A model generated the notes under the pieces. The model was not told the origin of the DNA. It worked only from the letters and a program-made list of their open reading frames with translations, and did not search any database. A program made the translations under genes and the position numbers. From an uncultured Spirochaetota bacterium (GTDB lineage Bacteria > Spirochaetota > Spirochaetia > SZUA-6 > Fen-1364), in assembly GCA_963845535.1 (NCBI GenBank), contig CAWJSK010000017.1, positions 50,990 to 114,989 on the forward strand: a DNA stretch of 64,000 nucleotides, in the 5' to 3' direction. Below are positions 10,015-19,832 of the stretch, in pieces (the first letter of the stretch is position 1; each line of letters opens with the position of its first letter).

Positions 10015-10115
10015 GGGGCTTCCTTTAGGCTGAGCGGATGTTCAACAAGACAGCATCTGGCGTGAGTCTGTCAAGGCCAATGCGTCACGCAGACCGAAGC
10101 CAGGGAGAACGCGCC

Positions 10116-10481
10116 TCACGCGAGGCGGGAGAGGACCCCCCGGATGTCGGAGAAATCAATCGGTTTGGTGAGGTAACCAACCAGCGCGACCCCTGCCACG
10201 CGCTCGACTGCTGCCTGGGTGGAGTGCCCCGTCATGAAGACGAACGCAACCCGCTCCTCACGGGAAATAGCTTCGGCTGCTTCGATGCCGTCCATCCTTC
10301 CCGCCAACCGGATGTCCATGAATACGATGTCGGGGTGGTCTTCTCTTGCCTTTTGCACGGCTTCCTCGCCCGTGGCTGAGAAACCCACCACCTCGTAGCC
10401 CTCACGCCGCAGATAGGCGCCCAATGCCATCGCCGTCAAGGCCTCATCCTCGACAATGAGGATCCTCTTCGCGCTATCCAT
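10116..10481 (-). CDS. Single-domain response regulator (receiver)
   Basis: ILIVEDE, PDIVFMDIRL, MDGIE, GYLTKP. Confidence 0.92.
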   Translation of the reverse strand: MDSAKRILIVEDEALTAMALGAYLRREGYEVVGFSATGEEAVQKAREDHPDIVFMDIRLAGRMDGIEAAEAISREERVAFVFMTGHSTQAAVERVAGVALVGYLTKPIDFSDIRGVLSRLA

Positions 10482-11760
10482 TGGACCTCACCCTCTCCTC
10501 GTACAACCTTCGTTTGAATCTGATGATGTATCCGACGCCGCCGTTGGCGCTGAAATTGATTTCACCCTGCATCTGGTGCGTCACGATGGTAAAGACCGTC
10601 TGCAGTCCCATCTTGCCATCGGTGGAAACGACAAACCCTTCCGGAACGCCGATCCCATCGTCTGAAATCCGAAGCTCGACGAAATCCCCCTCAGCCTTTC
10701 TCATGGCAATGCTGATCCTGCCGCGCCGCTCGCCGGGGAAGGCGTATTTCAGGGAGTTCGACACGATTTCGCTGATGACGAGGCCGCACGGGATGGCGGT
10801 GTCGATCAGGAGCGGGACGCTCTCAATGTCCAGGGAGAGGTCGATCTTCCCGGGAGGCACGCCGTATCCCTTGATCAGCAGGACAACCAGGTCGCGCACG
10901 TAGTCCGCCATGTCGATATTCGAAAGGTCGTGGGATTCGTAGAGCTTCTGATGGACCAAAGACATCGATCCGATCTTGTTGATCACGTCGTTGAAGATGA
11001 CTTTTGGCGCTTCCTCCTGGAGCTCGGTCGAATGGAGCATGAGCAGTGACGAAACGACCTGCATGTTGTTCTTCGAGCGATGGTAGAGCTCGCGGATCAG
11101 GGTTTCCTTCTCCGCAAGGTTCTTGCGAACTTTCGCTTCAGCCGCGGCGAGAGACTTGAAGGAGGTATCGACTCCACGGATCAGCATTGCGTTGGCCACG
11201 GCGAAGGTGAGGTCGATGAGGAAGATATTCGTGCACTGGATGACCCAGGAGAAGAACCGGAAGTTCCTGAGCACGTCCCATCCGATCAGACCGAGGGAAT
11301 GAAGAACCGCGAAGGTCATGCCCGTGAGAAAGTCGATGCCGCCCATCAGCAACGAGGCTCGAAAGCCGATGAACAGGCTCGTGATGAGGACGCAGACGGA
11401 GAACCATATCCCGCTCTCCCCCTCGGGGCCGGCAAGGACGAGTGACGTCACGCCCACCGCCCAGAAGCTCGCCGCAATCACGATGGTTTTCGCCTTGACG
11501 GTGAACCGCGTGAAGAGAATCATGGAGACGTTGATTGCGTATAAGATCAGAAAGACGACGGCGAGCGGTCTTCCCGTGGAAAAAAGCCAGATGCTCGCGG
11601 GAATGATGCACATGGTGCCGGCAAGGATCCCCGCCAGGGCAATGACGTAGAACGTGAAACGCTGCCAGTACTCGATGGAGTTCCTGTCTGCGGGACCGAC
11701 ATAGAAGGCAATCACCCGAGCTGGTGCGGAGACCATGGTGGCGAACAGGTTCTGGCGCAT
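10474..11760 (-). CDS. Membrane sensor histidine kinase, HisKA_2 type
   Basis: About six TM helices, ELYHRSKNNMQVVSSLL, EIVSNSLKYAF, DDGIG, GLQTV. Start ATG 11760 or a nearby GTG, downstream of the predicted promoter. Confidence 0.9.
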   Translation of the reverse strand: MRQNLFATMVSAPARVIAFYVGPADRNSIEYWQRFTFYVIALAGILAGTMCIIPASIWLFSTGRPLAVVFLILYAINVSMILFTRFTVKAKTIVIAASFWAVGVTSLVLAGPEGESGIWFSVCVLITSLFIGFRASLLMGGIDFLTGMTFAVLHSLGLIGWDVLRNFRFFSWVIQCTNIFLIDLTFAVANAMLIRGVDTSFKSLAAAEAKVRKNLAEKETLIRELYHRSKNNMQVVSSLLMLHSTELQEEAPKVIFNDVINKIGSMSLVHQKLYESHDLSNIDMADYVRDLVVLLIKGYGVPPGKIDLSLDIESVPLLIDTAIPCGLVISEIVSNSLKYAFPGERRGRISIAMRKAEGDFVELRISDDGIGVPEGFVVSTDGKMGLQTVFTIVTHQMQGEINFSANGGVGYIIRFKRRLYEERVRSNG

Positions 11761-11822
11761 CCTCTGTCCCGAGCTCACGACCTTCTCCTTGCCGTCCAGG
11801 ACTCTTTGCCTCTCCTGGAGTA

Positions 11823-11851
11823 ACCGTACTCCGCTGCACCACAATTGTCAA
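11823..11851 (-). promoter_or_regulatory. Sigma70-type promoter of the kinase/regulator pair
   Basis: Minus strand TTGACA-17 nt-TACGGT. Confidence 0.55.
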
Positions 11852-11912
11852 TTTTTGAGGGATCATACCGATCATACCACGAGGCTGTTGACCCCTGGAC
11901 CCGGGCGGCGTC

Positions 11913-12155
11913 GTGGCCGTGCAGGGGGACCGCGTCCAGGTGATGTCGACGTATTTCCTGTGCGGCTACGCGGGTTTGAGCCTGCCCGTGCTCGGAGCGG
12001 GGGAGCTCTCCCGCGCGGTTGGCGTGCTCCCGTCCACTGAAATCACCAGCGCGTTCCTGACCGCCTTGATCCTGGTGGCAGCGTATTTCACGGTGCGCGC
12101 CGCCGTGCCGGTTTCCGAAGCAGGCGCCGTCAACCCTTCACGGCGCCAAGCGTAA
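11913..12155 (+). pseudogene. C-terminal remnant of an MFS transporter
   Basis: DRVQVMSTYFLCGYAGLSLPVLGAG...FLTALILVAAY resembles the last two helices of MFS transporters; no room upstream for the remainder. Confidence 0.55.
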
Positions 12156-12948
12156 GGCCCTGCACGACGTACTTCTGGAAAATCATCGTGAGGATGATGG
12201 CCGGTGTCATGATGGCCACCGCGGCCGCCATGACCGCTCCCCAGTCCACCTCGGCATAAGAGACGAAGTTGTAGACCGCGATGGGCAGAGTGCGCGTCTT
12301 TTCCATGCTCAGCACCTGGGAGAACATGAAGTTGTTCCAGGAGAAGATGAAGGAGAGGGTGGTGGCGGTGGCAATCCCGGGTCCGGCAAGCGGAAGGATG
12401 AGAGAAAGAAGCGTCCGTTGCCTTGTTGCGCCGTCCACCATTGCTGATTCATCGATCTCCACGGGGATGCTCCTGAAGTAGCTGGACATCACCCAGACCA
12501 CCACGGGAAGAACTATCAGCATGTGGGAAAGCACGAGCGCTACGTAGGTGTCCATCAGGCCGAGCCGGGAGAAGAGGATGTACCACGGCAACAGGAAGGA
12601 TATCCCCGGCAGCAGGCGCGCCACGAGGATGAACACGGAGAGCCTACGCTGGCGGAACCGGGCAATGGCGTAGGCTGCCGGAAGCCCCAGAAGGAGCGAG
12701 GCGCCAACTGACGTCACGCCCACCACCGTGGAGTTCAGGAAGTACTTGGGAAAGTTCTGCTCCGCAAACACGCGCACGTAGTTGGAAAGCACAGGGGTGA
12801 AGGAGAACAGCCGCGGCGGAGAGGCAATGATGTCCACCTGCCTCTTGAACGACGAGCTGAGGATCCAGAAGAACGGAAAGAGGATCACGAGGGAAACCAG
12901 GAGGATCAGGGCTGAGGCGAGGATCCGGCCCGCCAGTCGTTGCTTCAT
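12130..12948 (-). CDS. Carbohydrate ABC transporter permease (MalG-like)
   Basis: EAA loop EIDESAMVDGAT; FIFSWNNF; TRTLPIA. Confidence 0.93.
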   Translation of the reverse strand: MKQRLAGRILASALILLVSLVILFPFFWILSSSFKRQVDIIASPPRLFSFTPVLSNYVRVFAEQNFPKYFLNSTVVGVTSVGASLLLGLPAAYAIARFRQRRLSVFILVARLLPGISFLLPWYILFSRLGLMDTYVALVLSHMLIVLPVVVWVMSSYFRSIPVEIDESAMVDGATRQRTLLSLILPLAGPGIATATTLSFIFSWNNFMFSQVLSMEKTRTLPIAVYNFVSYAEVDWGAVMAAAVAIMTPAIILTMIFQKYVVQGLTLGAVKG

Positions 12949-12958
12949 CCCTTCTGCC

Positions 12959-13834
12959 TCACCTTTCTGACAACCGCTGCAGTCTCACAATGCCCAGGCT
13001 GAAGAGGAGCACGATCAGGAACAGGACAACAAGAAGAACAGAGGACTGTCCCATGCGGAAGTACTCGAAGCTGTACTTGAAAGCCATGATGTTGAGCGTC
13101 TCCGAGGCGTATCCCGGGCCGCCGCCCGTCATTGCGTAGATGATGTCGAAAGTCTTCAGGCCGTCGATGGACCGGAGGATCATGGCCGTGTAGATGGTGG
13201 GCAGCACCATCGGAAGCGTGACGCGCCAGAGAATCTGCGCGTCAGTAGCGCCGTCCACCCGGGCCGACTCGAACGGCTCCGGGGAAAGTCCGGCCAGACC
13301 CGCCATCACGATCAGCGTGATCATGGGCGTCCACTGCCAGATGTCCACGATGGCAAGGGAGGGGATGACGGTGGATGAATCGTAGATCCACTTCAAACCA
13401 CCCAGACCGATCCCGCGCAGCAGATAGTTGGCCAGCCCGATGTTCGGGTCGTAGAAGAGGTTCCAGCATATCCCGATTGCCACCGGCGCGGCCACCAGGG
13501 GAAGCAGGAGCAGGAGCTTGACCAGGCCTTTGCCGGCGAACTGCCTGCGAAGCAGGATGGCCAGTGCGGTGCCCAAGATTGTTTCCACACCGACGGCGAG
13601 GAGCGTGAAAAGAAACGTGCGTGCAACGGCAGCAAGGAATCGCGGCTCTCCGAACACCCTGCCGTAACTGCGCAGCAGAACGATCTGCAGCGGGCTCCCC
13701 GAGGTGAGGTTCCAGTTCGTGAAGCTGAGAAACAGAGTGTAGATGACCGGGAAGAGGATCATCACCACCACGAATGCAGCGGCGGGCAAAGGGGCGAGGG
13801 TTTTGAAATGTCGGTCGACGAATCCGCCTGACAT
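12959..13834 (-). CDS. Carbohydrate ABC transporter permease (MalF-like)
   Basis: DIWQWTP, EPFESARVDGA, FDIIYAMTGGGPG. Confidence 0.93.
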   Translation of the reverse strand: MSGGFVDRHFKTLAPLPAAAFVVVMILFPVIYTLFLSFTNWNLTSGSPLQIVLLRSYGRVFGEPRFLAAVARTFLFTLLAVGVETILGTALAILLRRQFAGKGLVKLLLLLPLVAAPVAIGICWNLFYDPNIGLANYLLRGIGLGGLKWIYDSSTVIPSLAIVDIWQWTPMITLIVMAGLAGLSPEPFESARVDGATDAQILWRVTLPMVLPTIYTAMILRSIDGLKTFDIIYAMTGGGPGYASETLNIMAFKYSFEYFRMGQSSVLLVVLFLIVLLFSLGIVRLQRLSER

Positions 13835-13844
13835 GGGCAAGGAG

Positions 13845-13879
13845 CGCCGGACTGCCTGCCGAGGGCCGGCAGTCCGGCG
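13845..13879. other. Intergenic stem-loop between solute-binding protein and permease genes
   Basis: CGCCGGACTGCC...GGCAGTCCGGCG perfect 12-bp inverted repeat. Confidence 0.7.
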
Positions 13880-13896
13880 GGATTTCCTTTGGGTCC

Positions 13897-15150
13897 CTAT
13901 TGCCCGGCTTCTCCCGTGTCCTCGAGGAGCTCGTTGACCTCTTGCGCCATGTCATGGGCCTTCTTCTGGAGGTCCGGCGCCGCGCCGGCCGAATTGATGG
14001 AGGCGATGATGAGCTCCCCAATCCGGTCACGCGCCTCTCCCACGGCGGTCATGTACGGCCGATCATAGGGGAAGCCGTTTTTCGCCGCGAATGCGCGCGA
14101 GGCCACGAGGTCCTTGTTCATCCTGGCAAGGATTTCCGGATCCGTCCACACAGAGGCGCGCGCCATGGTGATATTGGCAAGCATCCCGCGTTTCGCCATT
14201 TCCTTGCTCGTGGCCCAGGTAAGGAACTTCAGCGCCGCGTCCTTGTTCTTCGACTGCTTTGCCACGGCCATGCCCCATGAGGCAACAGTGTACGGCGCAC
14301 TGCCTTTCGGGCCGGCGGGGAACGTGGCGATCCCAACGGCCTCCGCGGGGATCTGAGACTTGGAGGGATCCACGATCTGTCCGTAGAAGACCGAGGCATC
14401 GGTCCACAGGGCGACCTTCCCGGCCTGGAAAAGCGGCATGATGTTCTCCCAGGAGAAGGAAGTGGCGCCCTGGGGGCCGTAGTTGGCGAGCAGCTTCCCG
14501 TAGAAACGGACCGCATCCATGGCGGGCTTCTGGTCGAAGACCGCTTTTCCTTTATCGAGGTAAAGACCGCCAGAGCTGTAGATGAAGCTGGAGAGCTGGG
14601 TGACAGCCGCAGCGCCCTTGCCGCGGGAGGCAAACCCGATGATCCCCGCCGCGGGGTCGTTCAGCTTCTTTGCCGCCGCTTCAAGCTCGGCAAACGTCGT
14701 CGGGACGGGGATGCCGGCCTTCTTCAGCAGGTCTTTTCGGTAGTACAGCACCTCCCACTCGGTAACAAGCGGAACAAGGTAGGCCTTGGAACCGAACGTA
14801 GCGGCGTTCATTGCGTTGCTGGGGAAATCCGAGAAATCGTAGCCGGCAAGGGGCGCGTACCAGCCGTTCTTGTAGAACATCTTAGCTTCCTGCAGGGGAC
14901 GAGTCATGAACACGTCCACGGAGGAAGAGTTGGTTGCGAACTCGGTGGTGAGCTTGGTGGTGAGCTGGCTTTCCTGGAGGCTTTCCACGTTCACCTTGAT
15001 GCCGGTAGCCTGCTCGAACTCCGGGATGGCGGTCTTCAGAAGGTCACCGTAGGGATGGTTGGCCAGGAGAACCCGGATCTCCGTGGTCTGGGCTTCCGCC
15101 AGTGAGACCGCAAGGGCAAGAATGACAAGGGCAACGGCTGCGCGCTTCAT
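13897..15150 (-). CDS. Sugar ABC transporter substrate-binding protein
   Basis: ATG 15150 with AGGAGG; signal MKRAAVALVILALAVSLAEA; EFEQATGIKV, LYYRKDLL, PTTFAEL. Confidence 0.92.
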   Translation of the reverse strand: MKRAAVALVILALAVSLAEAQTTEIRVLLANHPYGDLLKTAIPEFEQATGIKVNVESLQESQLTTKLTTEFATNSSSVDVFMTRPLQEAKMFYKNGWYAPLAGYDFSDFPSNAMNAATFGSKAYLVPLVTEWEVLYYRKDLLKKAGIPVPTTFAELEAAAKKLNDPAAGIIGFASRGKGAAAVTQLSSFIYSSGGLYLDKGKAVFDQKPAMDAVRFYGKLLANYGPQGATSFSWENIMPLFQAGKVALWTDASVFYGQIVDPSKSQIPAEAVGIATFPAGPKGSAPYTVASWGMAVAKQSKNKDAALKFLTWATSKEMAKRGMLANITMARASVWTDPEILARMNKDLVASRAFAAKNGFPYDRPYMTAVGEARDRIGELIIASINSAGAAPDLQKKAHDMAQEVNELLEDTGEAGQ

Positions 15151-15302
15151 ACTGCCTCCTGATGGGATGATCGATTGGGGACGTTTCTCAAGCGTAGCTC
15201 CTTGCGGATTTGCGGTCAAGGAACAAAATGGTCGAAACGGTCGAAGAAGCTTGCTGACTTCCCCGACAGGGAAGGCGATATTATAAAACCGGGGGGTTCC
15301 CG

Positions 15303-16337
15303 ATGAGTACAATCCTTGTCACGGGTGGCTCCGGGTTCATCGCCAGCCATGCAATCCTGCAGCTTCTCAGCGCAGGCCATACGGTGCGCGCCACGGTGCG
15401 CAGCCTGAAGCGCGAAGGGGAAGTTCGCGCCATGCTGAAAACGGGCGGGGCGGAGCCTGATGGCCGGCTGTCCTTTTTTGCCGCGGATCTGCTGGAAGAC
15501 GGTGGCTGGCGTGAAGCGGTGGCCGGTTGCGACTACGTGCTGCACGTGGCTTCGCCCTTCCCCCCGGGGGTGCCGCGGACGGAGGATGAGCTGATTGTGC
15601 CCGCCCGCGAGGGCGCGCTTCGCGTGCTGCGCGCCGCACGGGATGCCGGCGTGAAAAGAGTGGTACTGACCTCCTCGTTTGCGGCGGTGGGCTACGGACA
15701 TGCTCCGCGCCTGACCCCGTTCACTGAGGCGGACTGGACAAACCCTGAGAGCGGGGGTGTCGCCGCTTATCCCAAGTCCAAGACTTTGGCGGAGCGCGCG
15801 GCGTGGGACTTTATCTCTTCCGAGGGGGGAGCTCTGGAGCTGTCAGTCGTCAACCCCGTGGGCGTGATCGGCCCAGTCCTGGGACCGGACTATTCCACGT
15901 CGATCCTCTTGGTCCAGAGGTTCATGGACGGCGCCGTGCCCGGCTGCCCCCGTATTTCCTTTGGCCTGGTGGACGTGCGCGACGTTGTGGACCTGCACAT
16001 CCGCGCCATGACGAATCCGGCCGCCAAAGGGGAGCGGTTCCTGGCGGTGGGGAGCGACGCCGTGGCGATGGTCGAAATCGCGCGCGTGCTGAAAGCGCGC
16101 ATGGGCGCCGCGGCGCGCCGCGTACCCACCCGCCAGGTTCCTGACTGGCTCGTGCGCATTGTGGCGCTTCGCGACCCTACGGTGCGCGGGATCCTCCCGG
16201 AGCTCGGCAAGCCCAAGAAAATCTCCGGCGAAAAGGCGCGACGGGTCCTGGGGTGGTCGCCGCGATCCTACGAAGAATCCGTGGTGGACACCGCTCAAAG
16301 TCTTATCCGGCTCGGCCTTCCGAAGAACGGAGCGTGA
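15303..16337 (+). CDS. NAD(P)-dependent epimerase/aldehyde reductase (dihydroflavonol reductase-like extended SDR)
   Basis: LVTGGSGFIA, VLHVASP, RVVLTSS, YPKSK, VDVRDV. Confidence 0.92.
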   Translation: MSTILVTGGSGFIASHAILQLLSAGHTVRATVRSLKREGEVRAMLKTGGAEPDGRLSFFAADLLEDGGWREAVAGCDYVLHVASPFPPGVPRTEDELIVPAREGALRVLRAARDAGVKRVVLTSSFAAVGYGHAPRLTPFTEADWTNPESGGVAAYPKSKTLAERAAWDFISSEGGALELSVVNPVGVIGPVLGPDYSTSILLVQRFMDGAVPGCPRISFGLVDVRDVVDLHIRAMTNPAAKGERFLAVGSDAVAMVEIARVLKARMGAAARRVPTRQVPDWLVRIVALRDPTVRGILPELGKPKKISGEKARRVLGWSPRSYEESVVDTAQSLIRLGLPKNGA

Positions 16338-17753
16338 TCAGCGCCAGATGTCCAGGACTCCGCTTGTGCGCCATGAGTTGGCATTCCCCTCCGGCAGCGC
16401 AATGCGGCCATCCGCCACGATGGGGCTGTTCCAATGCCCGGGGCCGCACGGCAGCGTGGCAATCAGCCGCCCGGAGGTCGCCTCGTAGATTCTCAGACCG
16501 CCGCGCGGGTCGTACACGAAGAGCATCCCGTCCGCCACCACGGGACTCGTTCCCGCGTGATCAGCCCGCCACCGGGGCCGAAGCGTGGCGCCCTCCAGCG
16601 TCCACGCGGCGGTGGCCCCGTTGTCAGCGGCAAAAAGCCACGTAGCGTCGCCGGCGCGCAATAGCGCAGGCGCCGTAAAAAGACGACCCCCGGAAGGGGT
16701 CCGAACATAGCTCGCTTCGCCGCCTCGATGCGGGGCGGTTCCGAGCATTGCGCGCCAGTTCAGCACACGAATCATAGCATCCTTTCCTCCCTGGGCTATG
16801 AGGCCCTTACCAAGGAGGACCGGCGAGGTGGAGCCAAGATCGATGTCTTCGTCGTTGAGCTGCTCCGTGTTATTGGGCGTGTAGTTCCCCAGGATGCGGG
16901 TGGCGTCTGGATCGATCTCGATGACAGAGTCGCCCCAGTTGACGGCGCCGTCCCACGTCCCGTTACCCGTTGCTATGTAAAGATCGCCCGTTGCGGAGTC
17001 GATCACTACACCAGCGCGCCCCCAGATTCCCGAATCGCTTTGAGGAACGGACGAAGGATCGAGCAGCTCGTGATGATCGCTGGACAGCGAGTTCCACACA
17101 TGGAGGAGGGAGCCGGTGGCGGCATCCAGGATGGCCACATGCCCCTGGTAGGGCGGCTCGTCGTTGAAATATCCGTCCGTTGCCGCAATCACCCTGCCGT
17201 GAAAAAATGACAGCGGGGAGGCAATCTTCTCACGTTCAGGAAGCCTGGTGATTGCCGTTGCCCACGCCACACGGCCGTCAGCCACCGCGAGCTTCCTGAT
17301 CACCCCGTCCGGAGCGGCGGCGTAGATGGACCTCCGATCATCGTCGGCAACAGGCGTGGCGTTCGTGATTCGATAGGTAGCTTTCAGCTCATCATAACTG
17401 GGAGGCGTGTACTCCCAGAGCACGGCGCCGCTGCCTGCGTCTACTGCAAGAGTCTTGCCGTACGTGGTCGTGACGAAGAAGGCATCGTGAGGGGATCCCC
17501 CTATTGTCACCCCGCGCAGATAGATGGCAGACCCATCCACGGTCCCGTCAAGCGCCACCTGCTGCCGTGAGAGTGAGCTGATTCTGTCCGCGCTGAGACC
17601 CATTTCGACGTTTGGCGCGCTGGTGCGGCCGACATCCCATCCAAAAGTTGGCCAGTCCTGCGCCTCAAGAAGAGGGCATCCGCCAACAAGGAGGAAAGCT
17701 GTCGCCAGGAGGAATGTCATTGATGACGGTATTGATGATAGGAGGTTTCGCAT
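16338..17753 (-). CDS. Exported PQQ-binding-like beta-propeller protein
   Basis: Signal-like leader then QDWPTFG; AVDAGSGAVLWEY, GIWGRAG, YIATGNG, DIDLGSTSP, SPVVADG, SPIVADG. Start 17753 or 17720. Confidence 0.8.
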   Translation of the reverse strand: MRNLLSSIPSSMTFLLATAFLLVGGCPLLEAQDWPTFGWDVGRTSAPNVEMGLSADRISSLSRQQVALDGTVDGSAIYLRGVTIGGSPHDAFFVTTTYGKTLAVDAGSGAVLWEYTPPSYDELKATYRITNATPVADDDRRSIYAAAPDGVIRKLAVADGRVAWATAITRLPEREKIASPLSFFHGRVIAATDGYFNDEPPYQGHVAILDAATGSLLHVWNSLSSDHHELLDPSSVPQSDSGIWGRAGVVIDSATGDLYIATGNGTWDGAVNWGDSVIEIDPDATRILGNYTPNNTEQLNDEDIDLGSTSPVLLGKGLIAQGGKDAMIRVLNWRAMLGTAPHRGGEASYVRTPSGGRLFTAPALLRAGDATWLFAADNGATAAWTLEGATLRPRWRADHAGTSPVVADGMLFVYDPRGGLRIYEATSGRLIATLPCGPGHWNSPIVADGRIALPEGNANSWRTSGVLDIWR

Positions 17754-17969
17754 GGTGATCTTAAGATAGGGATGCTCATATGCCGCCGACCATCGCATTG
17801 GTCGAGCCGCACGGCCAGGCAGCCGCCCCGCTTCGGTCATGAAACAGTTACTAACAAAACTTTCATCCCCTATTCAGGTGAGGTTTATTCTCTCACGCAT
17901 CAACTGCACGTACTTTGATGTTGGTCATCTCGAAGAGGTGGAGCAAATAGATTCAGGAGGAACTTCTTG

Positions 17970-18272
17970 ATGAAGCGTTTTGTGTTTCTTGTCGTTTCAG
18001 CCGCATTGTTCATTTCCGGTATTTCAGTTTTTGCCGACAGCCGGTCGGCGGTCCCACAGGATCCGACAGAGTTTCAGAAGTGGGTCGGGATGCCCAGTGA
18101 CAAGCTTGTTCAGCAGCTCGGCAATCCCGATGTCACGACCACCGCGAAAGACGGTGGCAAAGTGATTCAGTACTTCGAGCGCGAGAAGAACGGCAACATG
18201 CGGACCGTCGAGCTGACGTTCGACATTGCCTCCAACGGCACCGTGGCTTCCGCGGACGTCTCGGCGCTCTAA
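17970..18272 (+). CDS. Small exported hypothetical protein (possible SmpA/BamE-like fold)
   Basis: AGGAGG RBS; signal MKRFVFLVVSAALFISGISVFA; GMPSDKLVQQLGNPD pattern. Confidence 0.7.
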   Translation: MKRFVFLVVSAALFISGISVFADSRSAVPQDPTEFQKWVGMPSDKLVQQLGNPDVTTTAKDGGKVIQYFEREKNGNMRTVELTFDIASNGTVASADVSAL

Positions 18273-18278
18273 GCCATT

Positions 18279-18316
18279 GCCTGAGCGGCGTCCGGCAGGT
18301 GCCTGACGCCGCAGGC
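18279..18316. terminator. GC-rich hairpin immediately after the small exported gene
   Basis: GCCTGAGCGGCGTC...GACGCCGCAGGC imperfect inverted repeat. Confidence 0.45.
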
Positions 18317-18484
18317 GAATACACGCGGCCACACGATGCGTGACCGCGCAATGTCTTTGATCATTTTTCACCCCTGACGAGAGATTGGCCTTGTCACGAG
18401 CCGTCCGTCCGCCCATTACGGGGACGGACGGTTTCCATTTGCGGCAAGCTACGGACTGACGACAAGCCCCGGAATCAGCCCCAG

Positions 18485-18571
18485 CGCGTCGATGCCCGAC
18501 GCGCGCCGATCCCCGTGCCTCGATGCCCACGCGCGCCGATCCCAGGCGTCGATCCCGTGCATCGATCCCCG
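18485..18571. repeat. Degenerate short tandem repeats with a CGATCCC/CGATGCCC core
   Basis: Six CGAT(G)CCC cores in about 87 bp, including a twice-repeated TCGATGCCC(G)ACGCGCGCCGATCCC. Confidence 0.65.
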
Positions 18572-18573
18572 GC

Positions 18574-18601
18574 TTGACAGCTCACGAATATTCTTCATAA
18601 T
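18574..18601 (+). promoter_or_regulatory. Sigma70-type promoter upstream of the SDR gene
   Basis: TTGACA-16 nt-CATAAT. Confidence 0.5.
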
Positions 18602-18667
18602 GGGATTCCTCCGCTTCGATATAAATCTTCGCCAATCAATTTCCAGAAGAAACATAGGGGGATCCAT

Positions 18668-19705
18668 ATGGGCGCTTACAAGAACGGACTCGTAATCACT
18701 GGCGGAGCCAGCGGTATTGGCGCGGCCACGGTCAAAGGGGCGCTTGCCAGGGGATGGGCGGTCGCTTTCTGTGATGTCCAGCCGCGGGAGAAGGTTGATC
18801 CGTCACTGCTGACGGAGAGATCGCTCTACGTCCAGGCCGATGTCTCCAAGCCGGACCAGATGGCGCTGTTCCGCTCGAGCACCGTCCGTTCTTTCGCGGA
18901 AAGGGACCTGACGCCTGAAAAGCTGAACGTCGTTGCCTGCGCCGGCATCAGCCGCCGGGGTGATCCCCTCCAGGTCCAGTTGATGAAGGACATCAACGAG
19001 GGCGGAACCTTCAACCTTCTCTACGCCTTTGTAAATGACATTCCGGCGGGGCGAGGCCTCTTTGTCGGCCTGAGCTCGATCGTGGCCGCGGAAGGCATCG
19101 CGGTCAAGGGGGATGAGGAGTACAAATCCACCAAGGCGGAGGCCAGAAGGATTGCCACGGAAGAGGCCGGAGGGCTCGGAGTCGAAGGCTTTGCCGTGGC
19201 CCCCGGCGCAATTGATACACCCATGACGCGGCACGAGGCCGTCTTCGGAATGCTGCTCCTGGGCGCTGCACGGACCTTCGGCGGGAACGCGAATCACCCC
19301 TTGAACAAGGAAGTCCTCAGCCTGGCCGGAATTCGCGCATGCACGTCTCCGGCGGTGGTCCTGAAGGCCCTCCTTGGCCCCGAGCTTACGGGGATGGAAG
19401 ACTTCAAGATCGTGGCGGAAACCTTCGAAAAAGACCCTCTCCTGGCAATGGCCGGGGTCCTGCGCTTCGTGGGCTTCCTCAATCCCAAAGGGGCGGACGG
19501 TCAGCGTCACGTCAGGCCGGAAGTCATTGCACGCTCGGTCGAGGTGCTGACCAAGCTCGACGTAATTATCGGCCCGGAGGTGGTGGCCCGCATCATGCTT
19601 GACCAGCTCGAGAAGGGTAAAGCCCCGCAGGGTGGGCTGCTCAAGGCATATAGCGACAAGGGAGAAAACCGTGTCACGCAGCTCATGAGCGCCTTCGCGG
19701 GGTAG
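18668..19705 (+). CDS. SDR family oxidoreductase with long C-terminal extension
   Basis: ITGGASGIG, VQADVS, CAGI, YKSTK, VAPGAIDTPM. Confidence 0.85.
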   Translation: MGAYKNGLVITGGASGIGAATVKGALARGWAVAFCDVQPREKVDPSLLTERSLYVQADVSKPDQMALFRSSTVRSFAERDLTPEKLNVVACAGISRRGDPLQVQLMKDINEGGTFNLLYAFVNDIPAGRGLFVGLSSIVAAEGIAVKGDEEYKSTKAEARRIATEEAGGLGVEGFAVAPGAIDTPMTRHEAVFGMLLLGAARTFGGNANHPLNKEVLSLAGIRACTSPAVVLKALLGPELTGMEDFKIVAETFEKDPLLAMAGVLRFVGFLNPKGADGQRHVRPEVIARSVEVLTKLDVIIGPEVVARIMLDQLEKGKAPQGGLLKAYSDKGENRVTQLMSAFAG

Positions 19706-19832
19706 CGGGGCAGACAGCGCCTTCAGCAACCATTATTCCCTGCAACCATTCCTAACTTTTTCTTGCCCAAAGGATTGCGCTTATCTATTTTTCCTTTTGG
19801 GTTTGAAAAACTTCCATAGAGGATGGTTGCAC

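Noticed and set aside
18485..18571. Possible CRISPR array
   Set aside because: Units are short and degenerate with no unique spacers, and no cas genes are present.
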